Assembly: GCA_010093815.1 (NCBI GenBank) | Contig: ML996568.1 | Length of the DNA stretch: 64,000 nt | Direction: 5' to 3' (one strand) | From: Pseudovirgaria hyperparasitica | Taxonomy: Eukaryota | Shown here: in pieces, positions 26,001 to 38,133 of the stretch | How the letters are laid out: each line of letters opens with the position of its first letter | Position numbering within the stretch: the first letter of the stretch is position 1 | Made by a program: the position numbers and the translations under genes | The notes under the pieces: model-generated | Database searches by the model: none | What the model saw: the letters and a program-made list of their open reading frames with translations, nothing else | What the model was told of the DNA's origin: nothing

Positions 26001-26552
26001 TCCGACTTACTCGCTCTTCGAGCTAGATAACTTAAGAGAAGATCCGAGGATCTTAAGGAGGCCTATACCTACGTAATATAAACGCGTAAGGAATTAAGAG
26101 AGGCATAGAATAATAACTATTACCTTCGTTAAGAGTCGTTACTAGTTAATATAATTATCCTCCTTTACGACTCGTAGTAATAAAAGGATATAGAATAGAA
26201 GCTAAGGTAGTATTAGAGGGGGCTATATAGAATCCAGTCCGTGTTTAATTATACTTATAAGCTCGCGGAGCTTAATAGAGCCATACTTAGAGGGACGTTT
26301 CCTAGCCATAGGTTAAAGAAATATTTTATAAGAAATATAAGTAATAAGAGTTATAACGAGCCCTCGCGACCACTAATCGGAAGAATTACCGAGGAAAATA
26401 AGAAGAGTAGTAATAAGGAAAACTATTATAAATAACTTACGGAATACCTTAACGACGCTACACGAACCCGGGTGGAAGTGGTAATTTCTACTCCGTAAGA
26501 CTTTAATAGAGAAGAATATTTACGTTTCCCTAGAATTAACATCTCCTTCTAG
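20090..26552 (+). pseudogene. gag-pol of H copy 1 (approximate ends)
   Basis: De-RIPed: protease FDSGAQVN (~22443); RT DFFSGYDQI, LPQGATNSV, PFLDD (~23870-24066); RNase H; IN zinc finger and core (YNPR.NG.IER). No chromodomain seen. Confidence 0.85.
22882..22918. other. 17-bp-stem/3-nt-loop hairpin recurring inside H
   Basis: GGATTATTAGTTAAGGG-CTA-CCCTTAACTAATAATCC; also at 37572-37608 and 49597-49633, and partially at 20173-20197. Confidence 0.9.
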
Positions 26553-26604
26553 GGGATAGAAGTTTTTTTAAGAAGGGAAGGGATACTTATAAAAGTAGTC
26601 TTAT

Positions 26605-27075
26605 AACGATAAACTCCATTATCGAAAAAGGATAATAAACTCTATTATCGAAAGAGAATGATAAACCCTATTATTACTATAAAATAATAAAACTTATTAT
26701 TAAAGTAAGTAATACTCGAAAGAAGATATAATGGCGTTTACGCGAATTCCATCTACTATACATTAAAGCCGGTCGTATAATCGAAGCCTATCTATTAAAG
26801 GCCTATTTCGTTACTATAGAACGGGCCCTATTAGGAACTAATAAGAAAGAAAAGAAGGAGAAGGTATAGGAGAAAAAGATACTTATAGAAAGTCTTATAA
26901 GGATAAGAATATACCCGGTATCTATTCATTTATAGATTCCGCTATATACCCGGTAGACACATTTATTTATAGATTTCCTATATACCTAGTATATATTTAT
27001 TTATAGATTCGACACGTATACGGGCCTATAGCCGTTAGTAAGGATCATTTATAAAAATTACTATATACCCGGCAT
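26605..27075 (+). repeat. Two short tandem arrays in the H pol-ORF3 spacer (~26-bp and ~34-bp units)
   Basis: Repeated GATAAAC(T/C)CTATTA and TATACCCGGTA...ATTTATAGATT; also in H copy 2 at ~61210-61680. Confidence 0.75.
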
Positions 27076-27885
27076 TTAAGGAGGCATAAAAAGAGAACTT
27101 AAGATAGTATATAACTCTTCCCTCTTATACCTCTCTATACCTCCTTAATTAATAAAACCTTCTCCTCTACTTCTATAAGAATAGGGTTATTAGATAGTAG
27201 TATAGTTAGATAGAATAATAGGGTGTATTCTATTACAGAACGAATTACTACCGAACCCTTTCGGTAGGAATCCGAGAGTATATATATAAAGGGACGCCGA
27301 TCTATCTAGCACGTGACTATTTACCGCCCTTCACGTTACCTTCTAACCCTATTAGCTAAGGTACGTGTAGGTCGGGTTCTATCTAAGGCTAAGTCCTAAT
27401 AATTATCCCTTCCCTCTAGGAAGCTGCCCTTAGTAACCTAGATCGTTACCTATCCCTATATCCCTATCCTAAGTCTTATAAGACCTTAGTCGTTCTCTAC
27501 GCTTCGTCTTAGATACTTACTAATATTTACTAATCTAAGATTTACATAAGCGTTTTCCTAACAAACTAGATTTTATCCATCTTAACTTCTTATATAGGTG
27601 AGATTACCTAATTAGGCCTAGCGTATCACGTAATGTAATTAGGTAAGCCCGGGTGCTACCTATATTAAAATCTTTTCTTAGAAATATTCCTTTCTTTAAA
27701 AAACTTCTTAACTCTTTATAGAGTTTTTTAGATTATTAGGTATATTACCCGATCCTTATAGACATAGATTTATATAGATTTACTATAATTTAGTACGATT
27801 TACGCAATTTACTAATTTTCGTGCCGTCCTTAGCTAGTAATAATATAATTTATAATAATCCGCATAAATTAATAATAATCTTAAT

Positions 27886-28915
27886 ATGGTTTCCCGAAAT
27901 CTCGATACTCTAAAGTAATTAGCGCGGAAATAGGCGCCTTCGAATAATCCCTATCTCGTATGCGTTACCGATATGTCGAAAGTTATTAATCTACCCCGAC
28001 CTAGGCCGGGCTCTAATAATCTAGCCATATATTATTATAGTTATCGCTTTCCGTTATACATTACTCACGGTAGTACTAAATCTATAATATATGGTACTTA
28101 TATAACTAAGAAGCGTTATTACTTATAGGTATTTAAGTAAGTTCGAAGAACTTTACGTAGATTTACTTATATTAGTATAGATTACTACTAGGCCTCTAGT
28201 AACCCCTACCGATAAGGAGCGTGGTACTACCGATCGCAACGCCTTAGAGAAGGCTTTCTACGAGCTATATACCTAAGGTAAGGGTTACGCCTAGGAGTAC
28301 GATTCTAATAAGATCCGTAAGGATTTATTAGAATCTACTATAGCTATTATTACCGCGATTACTAGGTAATATCATTTTTCTTAAATCGTTATAGATTCTT
28401 ACTAATATATATTAATCTCTATAATAGTGCTAAAATCTCTACCACTTCGGACTTCTTTCTATATACCGGCGATATTAGAATTCCTAGAAAAGGTTCTAGT
28501 AAAAAGGCTAAGGTTCCTTCCTCGCGTATACTAAAGAGCTATAAATTTAGGGAAGATGGCTCTAATCTAGAGGTTTCTATACTAAAGGTATATGGTTCTA
28601 TACCGATCGTTAAGTCTTTTCGCTGATTTATATAATTCTTAGCGTGCCTACGCCGGTCCGTCCCTCTCCGTCCCGGGTCCCGCCGCTCTATAGGTTTCTA
28701 TAGAGGAGTTTATAGCTATAAGGCGCGCTATATAGAATTTATAGCGTCGGAATAAAAGGCTAGAGACTTATATTATAAAGCTCTATACTATACTAAACAA
28801 GAACTAGCGAAAGGAATTAGATATAACCATCACGGTAATTAGTACTTCTACTCCTACTCCGACTTAATCGGTTTGGATCTATACTAATCGGTACTAACAT
28901 ATCTCTTTTATCTAG
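27886..28915 (+). pseudogene. Antisense, intron-containing accessory gene of element C (Cys-rich N-terminus, C-terminal coiled coil)
   Basis: In-frame ATGs at 27886 and 27973. GT..AG introns 28129-28180, 28366-28427, 28588-28642 (and possibly 28835-28915, TACTAAC branch) preserve frame. Tyr spacing C-x10-C-x2-C-x6-C-L-Q precedes intron 1. Confidence 0.7.
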
Positions 28916-29199
28916 CGTTTTTGGTTTTTCGGTTTTAATTTTAAAGCGATCTTACTTCTTCTAGATAGATTAGTGCGAGTTTATATAGATCTATATAGAT
29001 CTTTATATTTTCTTCTAGCTTTCTTAATTTTATCTTTCTTTAATAATAACTTCTTTAATCTCTTTAGTAATCTATACCGATCTATACTAATCGGTACCGA
29101 TTTTCGATGTCCATTTCTCTTAGTAAATCATTTTTCTAAGTCTCTTTTTTAGTTAAATTTTTTAAAGTTCTAAGTTTAAACTTTCTAAGGAAGTTCCTT

Positions 29200-32100
29200 A
29201 ATTCCTTAGAATATTTTAAAGATCTATATCTCTTTCACCTTCTTCCTTTTAGGCGGCCGTCCTCGGCGCTAAACTATACTAAAAAACGTCGAATCGCTAT
29301 ACTTTAGTATAATTCTCTACGATTCCGCGGCTTCCTTTACTAATCACTACTTATATACTAATATCGCTACTTTACTAATGTTTATTATAGGTTCCCAAGT
29401 ATCTTTATTAGGATTATATCCTTTCTAATAAATCTTATATAGCCACGTACCATCTTCGGCGCGTTACTAGCTAAGTATCTACTTAACTTCGTAGATATCT
29501 ATACCTTCTTACGTAACTACTTTATATAGTATCTATTCGGAATGATCCGGTAATAATAAGGTATAAAATAGCTCGAGAAGCGTAATATAGAATATATTAT
29601 ATATCTTTAACGTAGGAGGGAGTTATAACTCGTACGCCTGGTTATTAATTACACGAGTAATCTCATATAGACCTATTATCATATAGTTAAGCTTCTTCTT
29701 TAGCCTGATACTACGAATATTCTTACTATTTAGTAAAACTTTATCCCTAACATTAAAGATTATAGGTTTTCTACCCTTATCATAGTGCGATTTACTATAA
29801 TTTATAGCATCTTATAGTAACTTTATAACGCTTCTTTACATTTAGAATAGTTCTATAGTAATTTCTATTACTTTAACGTTAGGTTATTCTACTTTAAACT
29901 AAGTCCCTAAGAACTACGCATTATAGTTCCGACCGAAGTTTACTTCGAACGGACTTACGTAGGTTAACATATATCGGCTATTATTATACGCGAATTCCGC
30001 GACATAGACTAACCTTATCTAGTTATCCTACTTATAGTTATAATATACACGTAAATACGCCTCGACTATCTAATTCTACCGCTCCGTCTATCTATCTATT
30101 TATAGATAGAACGTAGTACTAAGTTTCCGCTTAATTCCTAGCGTATAGTAGAAATCCTTCTAAAATTTGGATATTATCTACGGACCTCTATCCAAAACTA
30201 TGCCGTTCGGTATACTATAGAGCCGGACTACGTCACGGAGTAGTATATCTATAAGATCCGGTACTTAGATCGTCTTTCTTATAGAGATATAGTATAATAT
30301 CTTCGTAAATCTATCTAGAACTACGAGTAAACTATTATAAATATACCTAGAACACTTACTTAGGGGTAGATCTATAATAAAATCCATTAATAATTCCTTC
30401 TATACCTCCTTTCGCATAGGTAATGGCCTTAATTCACTATATAGTAAGTGTCTATATACTTTCGTATGCTGGTAAACGTTACACGTTTTTACGTAGTCTT
30501 TTATATATTTATAAAGACCCGGCTAGTCGTACATCCTTCGGATTAAATTAACCGTTCTTATAACGCCGAAGTACTCTACTAACGTATAATCATGCTATTC
30601 CCTTAAAATATTAATTTATAAGCCGCCTTCCGGCACGTAGAGTCGGCCTTAGAAGTAGATCGCGTCTGATCGTCGTTTCTACCTTAATAACTACGGCGGA
30701 TCTATAGCGCTTCCTTTTATACTTATAACTTTCTTTACTAATATATCGGAATTCTAGGTAGATTTAATTAAGTCTTTAAGGGTTTTCTTAGTTTCTTAGA
30801 TGTTTATTTAGATTACTTAATACCCGCTCTAATTCCCGCGGAGAATCGCCGAAAGTGTCCTAGCTTCTAGCATTCTATTAGATAACTAGTCTTATAGTAT
30901 CTAAAGTATAGTATAGTCTAACTTACACTAACTATCTACGTTATTCTATAACGATTTCTTATAATCTTTACGCTGCGATAGAGGATTAGCTTTATTCTCT
31001 CTTCTAGCTTTATATAAGATTTTAAAGTTAAATATTAATATCCACTTAGCCCAACGTACTTATCGGCGATTAAGGACCTTGGTTAATATAAAGTAACGTA
31101 GATTTACGTAATCCGATAATAATTCGATCTAATATATAGAGCCTTCTAAATAATATCGCTATTACTTAAAACTCTTAACGATTATAAGTAGTTCCTAGTT
31201 ATACGTGTTATAACGCGTCTCTATATCCGCCATTTTACGGGAAAAGAAAGCGACCGGGTGCTATTATACCTTATCTTTCGTATCTTTATACGGTTAACTA
31301 ATAATTCTAGTAATTATGAATTCTAACGCGTTAGTTTCGACCCGAATATACTTCTTAGGATTAAAATACCTAAGAATTAGTATAGTTATAAAGTAATTCT
31401 TTAACGATCGGAACGTATCTCGCGCTTCCGGCGTTAACTATATCTTAACCGACTTAGCTTTACGCTATACTCGCCCACCTATAGAGATTTTACCGCCATT
31501 CTCTATGAGTTTATTAAGCGGCGCCGTAATTCGTAAGAAGCCTATAATGAATTTACGATAATAGTTTACGAAACCTATAAATATTCTAATTTAACGTATA
31601 GTAGTAGGTTCTAGCCATTCCATGATGGTCTTTACACGCTCTAGCTCCATTTTTAGGCCGCCATATATTATAATAAAGCTAAGAAACCTAACTTCTTATT
31701 AGTGAAACTTATATTTAGATAATTTTACGTAGAGTTTATACTACCTTAGACGATTTAGTACTAATTTCACGTGTTCTTTATAATCCTATATACTATCGGA
31801 GTAAATTAGTATATTATTAAGATAAACTACGTAAATCACGTTAAGTAATCCTACGAGTATAGTATTAATATATCCTTAAAACGCTCCTAGCGCATTTATT
31901 AGCCCGAATGGCATAATAGTATACTTAAAATAACTATATCTAGTCCGAAATGCGGTTTTCCACTTATCTCCGCGATGAATTTAAAGCTAGTAATATATAT
32001 CTCGTAAATCTAGCTTCGTAAAGTACTTTACCTTTATTAATTAGTCTAAAGATTTACTAACTAGCGGTAATAGGTGACGATTCTTCTTAGTTACCGTATT

Positions 32101-34296
32101 TAGTATCTAATAGTTAATACATAGACGTAAACTTCCGTCTTTCTTCTTTACGAAGAGAATAGGTACGCCGGCCGATAACGTACTACGACGTATCTAGCCT
32201 CTTTTAAGGTATTCTTTAATATATTTATAAAGAACTTCGAGTTCTAGTCTTAAAAGTAGGTAAAGTAGGCTATAAGAGACGTCTACTCCCTCTTCGAGCT
32301 TAATCTTTAGCTTATACGGCCCGTGATTAGGGAGAAGTAACGTATCTCCTACCGAAAACACATCCGTATACTACGAATATACGTTAGGTAGCGTGTCTTC
32401 GCCCTAATTATTACTATCATCCTCGTCTTTATCGATGATCGATAAGGACGTAAGATAGATTAGTAACGATCGGGTCCATACGGCGAGGTTCCATGCCTCC
32501 TTACTAATAGTTACGACTTACTAGTATAATTTACTATAGTATCGTCGGAACGTTAATGTCTCCTTCTAAAAATCGAGGATAGGGTTTAGGCGTCTAAGCT
32601 AAGGCATCCCTAGAATCATATTCTATTAGCTAATATTAGCCATAATGAATTTATTAGACATCTACGATTTTATTATCTTTAAGTCATGAACTTCGTAATT
32701 CGTTATAGCTTTACCTAAAGTTCTAACTTTATATCTATTAACTATGATAGTTCGGCTAACTTTACCGAGATCGTACGATAATCTATACTCCTTTACGAGA
32801 ATTGACAAAATATAGTTATCTTCTATACTAGTATCTACGAGGGCCTATATAGTTTTATTACTATTTACTATAGGTAATAATACTTTTAGTAATATTAGGT
32901 CTTTACTCGCCGGAAGGCGCTGCGGGTCCTTCTAAGTATATATAATTTAGCTAAGGACGCGGTTAGGTCTCATGTACTAGCCTATTCTTTTTTTAGATTC
33001 TTATAGTTAGGCGAAATATATCCTATTTCTCTATACTTATAGTAACGAAGTACACTATAATCCTACTATTTTATAATAGGCGTTATATTTAAGCCTATGC
33101 CTTATCCTTTTCCGTGTTAAGAAGCACCGCCTCGATTATTTTAGTATCCTCTTAACGCGTTTCTACCCCGATTTACGCTCTTCTAGCGCTAATCGCGGTA
33201 AGGTTACTCTTAATCGAACGTATTCGATCGACCTCGTTTCTAACCCGTATAGGGTTCGTCGGTTTTACCTAGAGAGCCGCGTTCCTTAAGGATACGGTAG
33301 TATTTATTAGCTTTCTCCTCTAATTTATATAGATAGTTAAAACTTAATAATACTATTTCTAGTCTTTTACGGATTAACGGAAGTAGTACTTCGCGAAACT
33401 AGAATATACGAATATTTTCCTATAGCGTAGGGATATTATCCTATAGGTTTTAGAGGTATTATAGTAGTTAAGTAGGTGTCTAGTTCGGTCGTTATACCAC
33501 GCTTCTTAACTTAGATAGTGCCTTTCTTTTACGTTCTCTATCCGTTCTAAGGGTGTTTAGTATAAATATAGCTAAATATTCCTAGGTTATCGTAGATAGT
33601 AGCTGCACTTCCTTCTATCTATCCTATTAATCGCGGGATTATAAGTCTAGGTATCGTTCTCCGAACGAAATGCGTTATACTTTAGTAGAAAAGAGTAGAG
33701 GGTTATCGAGGAAGTACTTTTCGTAGTCTCTCTTCTAGTCTTTCTACTCCTTTTGGTTCTTCCCTATAAATATAGTCGGGTCTTTAGATTTCGGCATACC
33801 TAGGGAAGGAGTAGAGTAAATTAGTAACGAAGCGGCCGGGTATACGGTAGATTATCGTAACTCTAATGGTAGGTAAACTAATTCCGCCTAAATTAGTATA
33901 GGAAGTCGTCCACCTACTATCGTTCGGCGTAGTTCTTTAAGAGACTCCTTAAGTTCTTATCTCTTTACGAGGAGTTTCGCGCGTTCTACCTATTCTTTAA
34001 GGGTTTGAATCTCTTAAGCCTAATTCGCGACGTATTCCTAAAGTTCGGCGATAGTTTATTATAATACCTCGCGTGGCTCCGCCACGACTCGTTATCCGGC
34101 TTTATATTATTAGAAGTTACTCGGCGTATCTACCATTTCTTCGTCTAAAAGCTCCGTGATTCGGTCTAATATTTCTACTTCTCGGTTAGAAACGGCTGGG
34201 ATTAATACTAATTATAGAGGATCCCTATTATTTAATATAGTATTACTTGTCCCTATAGTAGATCGTGTCGACCTTCTCGGTTCTAGTTAGACTATC
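29200..34296 (-). pseudogene. gag-pol of element C (approximate ends)
   Basis: Gag CCHC (LRCYKCGEMGHISPNC, ~33000-33050); RT ([17 protein letters not shown]); RNase H; IN; chromodomain DIYEVEQIL...WKGY...TWEP (~29380-29500); RRGRPP tail. Confidence 0.88.
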
Positions 34297-34620
34297 TTAA
34301 CTATAGTACTATATAGGGAGTAATTCGAATGTAAGAATAGGGTTATTAGATAGTAGTATAGTTAGATAGAATAATAGGGTATATTCTATCATAGAACGAA
34401 TTACTACCGAACCCTTTCGGTAGAAATCCGAGAGTATATATATAAAGGGACGCCGATCTATCTAGCACGTGACTATTTACCGCCCTTCACGTCACCTCCT
34501 AACCCTGTTAGCTAAGGTACGTATAGATCGGGTTCTACCTAAGGCTAAGTCCTAACAACTTCCGCCTCGCTTAATTACCTCTCCTTAGAATATAACTCGC
34601 TAATAGAACTAATAATAATA

Positions 34621-37581
34621 ATAGCCCCGCCGAAAAAGAAAACGCCTACCCGTGAAGAGTTATAAGATTATTAAGTACTAATAAGATAGACACGGTCCTA
34701 GTTAAGAGTCATAAGTACTAAAGTAGGGCCATTAACGGCTATCATAGTATCGAGGCCATCTACTACTCTATATAGATAGGCTATAGAAGCTACGGAAGTA
34801 AATAAGTCTACTATTAACTAAATTATCACTATCTAGGACCCGTAAGAGCGATAGGACTATATTCTAGATACGTTTAATAATCTCCTTTATATTACTAGCC
34901 TTATAGAATAGCTCTTAAGTAGTATAGTTAACCTCTTCTAGGAAGTAGGAGCCGTAATAGGGTATAGTAAGGTAAAGATTAACTCCTCTATTCTAAAAGA
35001 AGTCTATAAGATAATTCGTTATAGAAGAGATACTAACTCCCGCATCCTAAAAGCCAAAAATATAATCCTATAAAACTAGCGAAAAGACCTCCCTAATAAT
35101 AACGGCTAGTTACTCTAATCCGCCCTCGGATAGCTCTAGTAAATATAGAACTTTATAGAAAAGCTAGTAGCGCTCTTACGAATGCGGACATGGGCGAGAG
35201 TAAGGAACTAGTTAAACGTATCCCTATGGTTCTAAATCGGCTAGGGATAGAAGGGAAGGGGAATTAAGGTATATCTTTAGAGCTCTAATATTAATACCGC
35301 CCTAGCCAGCGATAGTAACGAGGACGGTCTATCTCTCTAGTAACTCTTAAACTACCCTAGCTAATAAAATAAACTAACGTTCTATAATAAGACGGGACTT
35401 ATTATCCCCGCTAGTTAATAGTCACGGATAAGTAGAATAGTTTATAGGCCCGTTAAATACTACCTATAAATTAAAGAGATGAGTGCATCGCCTCCGCCTT
35501 AGACCTTACCGTCGCTAAAACTAGCGTAGGTAACGCCCGTAGTAAAGTCCCCTCCATAAAGCACGCCTTCTAGTTTAGTAGTATATTATCTCTTCGAAGC
35601 TAGTCGTCCGTTTAAAGTAAGTATTCCTTCTACTATTACTAGTATACGTCCCTTACCGGGCCATGCGAGGACCTCTTTAGTACCTATTATAGCTACGCCG
35701 ATAAAACCCACTCGTAGACGTACCTTATCTACCGGCCCTTAGTAATTACTAGGGGCGCCTACACGATAATCCCCGGTTATTCTTAGTTCGTACCCTAAGA
35801 TAATAGTATTAGTCGAGGAAGAGGACGAGTCTAAGAAGTATTAATACGCGCCTTTAGTAACGAAGACTTTTAAGGTAGCTATATTATTAAAGAAGAATTT
35901 CACGAGTATTAAGGGAATAGCCCTACTAGTACGCTAGAAAGCGTAGATAGGTAATATGGCTGTTCCGTATAAAGTCTACTATAAGTATTACTAAGACGTG
36001 GCTAGAAAGAATAATATACTCGTTAGCGTGTCCTACTTAAACCTAGTAACGAGACTTAAAATAGTATATAAGTTTAGAGATAACGTAGGGGCCCTTAAAG
36101 TTTATAAGGACCGCTATACCTAGTTCGCGAAGTACGCGCGGCCACCTTATCCGATAGAGGTATTAGGTATCTATCATTACTAGGCCCTAGAGACCCTAAA
36201 GTAAGTTATTAATATTAAAACTATCCTTACTAGTATCGTATTTATAATTTAGAAGGAGGACGGTAGAATAGATAGATAACTCTTCGACGAGTAGGAACGT
36301 ACTAGAAGTATTAATATTAAAGGGCTCTTCGAGCTACTTAAAAAGACGACCTCTATACTTAATAAGAGTATTCTAGAACTCGCGAGGGATGAATTTAATA
36401 TATATAAGTACTACTAGCGTATATTTAATAAGAAATCGAACTACGGCTAGCTACGAACTATATACTACTCCTATATCTAATAGTTTATTAGGTAATGCCT
36501 ACTTTACTAGCTCACCTATATTACTCTTCGGCCCGATCTTAACTACTATCTAATCTCGTACCCGTACTATGCGAAGTCCTAGAATAGGGGCGATAAGACG
36601 GGTTTTAAGTATCTCGATAACGCTATTAATCGAATCCTTAATCCTAGCAATAGATATAGGTTTAATATAATCTAGGGGAGTATTAGTCTCGACGACGAAC
36701 GAAGTAACGACTATACTATAATCGTTCCCCGCTCCTATAAGTTCTTAAACGAATAGTAGTTAAAGGCTAAGCTCCGCGAGGGGGTTAATTAAAACGGTAT
36801 AATTACGGCTATTAATGATAAGATCTATAATATGGACGATAAGAAACGATTTAGTCCCTTCGTCCCGGTCCCCTACTAGTCCCTTAAAGTACGTATCTCT
36901 AGCCTACTAATAATATACGGCGCCTAGGGTCCCGTAAAGGGTAGAAGACGCACGATGCTTCCATAGTATATCGCGATTAGCCCTAATTATATAATAATAG
37001 AAGTGCCTAAAATAGGTATATAGGAATAACTCGTAGTAGCTCATAGGAATTTAACTCCGGGACCTACGTCTCCGTCGAGATTTTCTAATAAATATAGCGC
37101 GATTTCTTTTACCTTCCTAGCTATAGTTTAACTCCTAAGTTTTAACGCTATTAGTAATATATTAGTCGGCCGTAAAAGATAGAATAGCTAGAAGGTAAAA
37201 GAAGAGGTAGCTACGTGGCTTAATATAAGTCCTTAATAACTTAAAGCTAAGGTAGACGCCTAGTTTAAGGAGGGCTCGAGGGTATTCGTGGAGACCTTTA
37301 AGAAAATAGTAAGGTAGGAAAGGCTAGTCTATAGGGATAGGTCGTTCTAGAAGGAATTTAACGAGGCGCGCGCCGCTAAGCGGCTAATTAATTTTAAGAA
37401 ATTCGAGTCCGACATAGGCCTAGATAACATTAAAGAGAACTTCTATAGATAGGAGAGGCCTAATGAACTATCCGACGAGGAGGAATCTAACCTCTCTAAG
37501 ATAAGTAATACGATTCTTTAGGAGCTGGCTCGCGACCTTAAGTACTAAGATTAGGCGCCTAAAAACCTACCTAATTATTAG
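34621..37581 (+). pseudogene. H ORF3 (~990 codons): C-terminal 2OG-Fe(II) dioxygenase-like (PhyH-like) domain, RIP-inactivated
   Basis: Single +1 frame. De-RIPed LISYPYYAK...GFKHLD (36610-36618; CAT retained in copy 2 at 63826, GAT retained here), QGSISLDDE, IHGA (36916) and RRTMLPWY. Confidence 0.72.
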
Positions 37582-37735
37582 TTAAGGGCTACCCTTAACT
37601 AATAATCCGGGCTAAGGTTTACCCGCGCCAAGAGGTTTACTAGGGGCGCATTTTATTTATATTAAGGTCTTTCTTTTAGGCGTTCTTTACACGGTTTCTT
37701 ATACGGTTACTATACTACTAAGGGTAGTAGTTCTA

Positions 37736-37990
37736 NNNNNNNNNNNNNNNNNNNNNNNNNNNNNNNNNNNNNNNNNNNNNNNNNNNNNNNNNNNNNNNNN
37801 NNNNNNNNNNNNNNNNNNNNNNNNNNNNNNNNNNNNNNNNNNNNNNNNNNNNNNNNNNNNNNNNNNNNNNNNNNNNNNNNNNNNNNNNNNNNNNNNNNNN
37901 NNNNNNNNNNNNNNNNNNNNNNNNNNNNNNNNNNNNNNNNNNNNNNNNNNNNNNNNNNNNNNNNNNNNNNNNNNNNNNNNNNNNNNNNNN
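37736..37990. other. Assembly gap (N run) covering the start of the H 3' LTR
   Basis: N run; further gaps at 46258-46387 and 47798-47941. Confidence 1.
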
Positions 37991-38133
37991 TAAAAGAGAA
38001 CTAATAAGAAGTCGTGCGTTTAAAGAGAACTTATAATACCTAGGAGAGATACTTATAAGTTCGTCGCGACTACTATACTAGGAACACAGCCATTTATAAA
38101 AGGGATACACGTAGCGATAGCTTACCATACTAT

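Larger units (their letters stand above)
27174..34557 (-). mobile_element. Chromoviral Ty3/Gypsy LTR retrotransposon C (7384 bp, full length)
   Basis: 228-bp LTRs at 27174-27401 and 34330-34557; TSD ACTTC (27169-27173 / 34558-34562); empty site in H copy 2 (~61774); PPT AGAGGGAAGGGATAAT. Confidence 0.95.
19297..38129 (+). mobile_element. Large non-chromoviral Ty3/Gypsy element H copy 1 (~11.4 kb net; Ylt1-like RT), interrupted by element C
   Basis: 372-bp 5' LTR at 19297-19668; 3' LTR ends at 38129 (start hidden in the N gap, ~37758); 4-bp TSD CTAT restores the F gag length relative to E. Confidence 0.9.

Noticed and set aside
26241..26435. 64-aa ORFs at 26241 and 60845
   Set aside because: Stop-free remnants of the H pol C-terminus, not independent genes.
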